DNA from: Eledone cirrhosa
Lineage: Eukaryota
Direction: 5' to 3'
Length of the DNA stretch: 64,000 bases
NCBI GenBank assembly: GCA_964016885.1
Contig: OZ024742.1
Coordinates: forward strand, 283,898,001 to 283,962,000
Positions 61,301-64,000 of this stretch are shown one piece after another. Position numbers and translations under genes: made by a program. Below the pieces are notes generated by a model. That model searched no databases and was not told the origin of the DNA. It saw only the letters and a program-made list of their open reading frames with translations. Position 1 is the first letter of the stretch, and each line of letters opens with the position of its first letter.

Positions 61301-62090
61301 TTTTTCTTTTTTCTTTTTTGTGGCAGACCGTTTGCCACTTCACTCCCGCCTCAAACTCCATGTCGGATTCCGTGGCGTCTGGGAGGCGTATGTGCTCCAC
61401 GGATGTTGGTGGTGGTAGTGGAGCCCTCTTCGGCAATGTTGTTGCTGGTGTAGCTATTTCAAATGTAGCTATTGGTGTTGCCGCCACTGATGCTGCTGCT
61501 TTAGTTGTCCGTGGACTTGGTACGGGTGCCACGGACGTTGCCCTCCTATTCACCGTGGAAGGGGCTTCTGCGTTTGTTGCCTGCCCTGCTCTTGGTAGCA
61601 GCGGACCAGGTATTGGAAGGAGAGGGGCCTTCTTCTTCGCTGTCTTCTGCGGGCAAAAGGCCCTGAGGTGACCCTTCGACCCACAGAGATAACATTTTGG
61701 CCGTCTTCCTTCTACGCTTATAGGGAGTTGGAGTCCTTCCTCGATGTCTATGATATCGGGGATAGCGTCGATACATTCCTGGTCAGTTTGTATAAGCATT
61801 TGCCTGCCTATACCTGACCAGTTCTCTCTCCCTATTTTCTCTACTTGCAGCATGGTCGTCCTGTCCTCGATTCCAGCAAGGACAGACGCGGCCAGCCAAG
61901 GTATGGGCACGTCGGGTGGGACCTGGGTCACTTTGACCCTCACAATTTTCTGCCCGCAGTAAGAGGGCACCAAGTCTATCTCCTCACTCTTTAGGGTTTC
62001 CAAAGAGTGAGACTTTGCTTCCTGGGGGGTGGCGAAAAGTACGTCTACTGTGGCATACTTTCTGCCTCGTGTAGTGTTGAAAATCTGGGG
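58363..62090 (-). mobile_element. Tx1 subfamily B copy, 5'-truncated, RT domain deleted
   Basis: ORF1 remnant with CYLCGSKGHLRAFC. ORF2 from 60745 (MAVLRIGSINARG) jumps at ~59530 from FAELFRSSG to WLMMR, then continues through the zinc finger and 3' UTR with AATAAA. Confidence 0.9.
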
Positions 62091-62184
62091 AACGTGAATC
62101 TGTTGTAAGGCTGACATAGTGTCAGTCAGTTGTTAGCTAATAACCGAGAATTGTAACTCTTGTTTGTTTTAACTTTAATCGGTA

Positions 62185-62980
62185 GATGTTGATGGTGGTG
62201 GTGGTGGTGATAGTGGTGGTGCTGGTGATTGTGGTGATGGTGGTGGTGATGGTGGTGATGGAGGTGATGGTGGTGGTGGTGGTAGTAGTGGTGATAGTGG
62301 TGGTTGTGATGGTGGTGATAGTGATGGTGATAGTGGTGATGGTGGTGGTGGTGTCAGTGTGATAGTTGTGGCGGTGGTTGTGGTGATGGTGGTGGTGGTG
62401 ATAGTGGTGTTGGTGGTGATGGTGGTGGCGATGATGGTAGTGGTGTCAGTGTGATAGTTGTAGTGGTTGTGGTGGTATCAGTGTGATAGTTGTGGCGGTG
62501 GTGGTGGTGGTGGTGATGGTGGTGGTGAGGGTGGTGGTGGTGGTATCAGTGTGAAAGTTGTGGCGATGGTGTTGGTGTGATAGTTGGGGTGGTGGTGGTG
62601 GTGTGGTGGGGGTGATGTAATGATTGCGGTGTTATGGTAGTGTTGGTGATATGGTGGTGGTTATGTGTGATGTTGATGATTTAATGATAGGAGAGTCAGT
62701 AGTATTATAGCAACCATCCCACTACTATTATAACACTAGCCTAATCATTAACAACAACATACCACACCACATCACACCAAACCACATCACATCACTGCTA
62801 ACACCATCACGCTAATACTTTCACTACCGCCATCACACCCCCACCCCTTCCTCCCATTACATCCCCATCATCACAGATCCACCATCACCACCACCATCAC
62901 TACCACCACCACCATTACTACTGCAACAACACAATCATTGCATGACTTAACAACCCATCCTATCAACCACTGATACCACT
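62185..62980. repeat. (GGT)n / (ACC)n low-complexity tracts in opposite orientation
   Basis: GGT/GAT-rich at 62185-62680, then ACC/ATC-rich at 62745-62980. Confidence 0.8.
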
Positions 62981-63264
62981 ATATGTGAGTATTGTATATG
63001 TGAACAAGCATTCAAAGCTCCGAAAACACTCCTTGAGTTTGACGTAAAGTTTTTATCAGCTCCATATTGTAGTTTTTTTTTGTTTGTGTTATTTTATTGG
63101 GGGTTTTTTTCTATGAAAGATTAATGCGTATTAATAACAATAGGTTATTATTGCTGTTGGTATTTAGCTTCAGGTCGAGCTCACCTAAATTTCTATTTAT
63201 ACATTTAAACTAGTGCGAACTCACAATCATAAATAAAGTTTCTTTCGCATTGATATCATTGTCA

Positions 63265-63680
63265 CGTTCGAGACATTTGATGAGGTTGGGCCGCTGCCAG
63301 AGAAGTTTTTGTCATCGCTGGCGGCTCGTCTTACTGAGTTGCCTGGTGATATCCGTGAGGGTGCCTGGTTGTTTCAGCGCCTTAGCCTTGCAATCACCCG
63401 TGGCAATGCTGCGAGCGTATTGGCTTGCTTTAAAGTTTTAGTTAGCCCTTATGATGTGATGTGCGGCCGTTTGCCGCACTTGGTGGTGAATTGGTGGTCG
63501 TTTTTTTTTTTGGCTCTCCTCTCAGCTTTTTTCTTTCTCTTTTCTTTTTTATGCGTTTATATTTGTGTTTATCAACGACATTATATTTGTGAGCAATTTA
63601 TAATGTTATTTACGCATTTGTAATGCTATTTATGTATATATTTAAAACATATTGTAATGTGAATAAAACCTTTTATCCTC
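63265..63680 (+). mobile_element. CRE-like LINE 3'-terminal fragment
   Basis: REGAWLFQRLSLAITRGNAASVL, then a T-rich UTR and AATAAA at ~63662. Confidence 0.65.
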
Positions 63681-63802
63681 ACTCACCACCATACAGATTA
63701 TTTCTATACTATATATATCTAGACAAAGTGCCGCGTTTAAAATGACCAATACAAACCGTGTCTCATGGCGGTGTACCTATGACTTCATAGCGAGTTAAAC
63801 CC

Positions 63803-64000
<198 letters not shown>

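Overview
Repeat-dense eukaryotic (animal) DNA. The SINE and microsatellite landscape resembles a cephalopod (Octopus-like) genome, but that is an inference. I find one host gene: a 4-exon MMACHC/CblC-like gene on + (exons 23139-23219, 38565-38771, 44440-44589, 44743-45075; 256 aa). Its intron 1 holds a sense-oriented, head-to-tail array of Tx1/L1-clade non-LTR retrotransposons joined at (TTA)n tails, with one copy carrying both ORFs intact. The rest is mobile DNA: two more Tx1 subfamilies, R4/Dong-like and CRE-like restriction-endonuclease LINEs, RTE LINEs, two hAT transposons, Helitron-like elements, LTR-like repeats, Penelope-like relics and tRNA-type SINEs. Most interesting signals: (1) in three divergent Tx1 subfamilies the ORF1 stop lies inside a canonical 5' splice site, and removing a 51-54 nt intron would fuse ORF1 to ORF2 in frame; (2) the Tx1 5' UTR folds into an HDV-like pseudoknot topology with a non-canonical L3; (3) several hammerhead ribozyme motifs sit in tandem or inverted repeats next to (TA)n; (4) the MMACHC protein lacks conserved glutathione-pocket arginines and ends in a CaaX-like tail lying within a 104-bp tandem repeat. 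All calls were made by eye, with no database searches or folding software.
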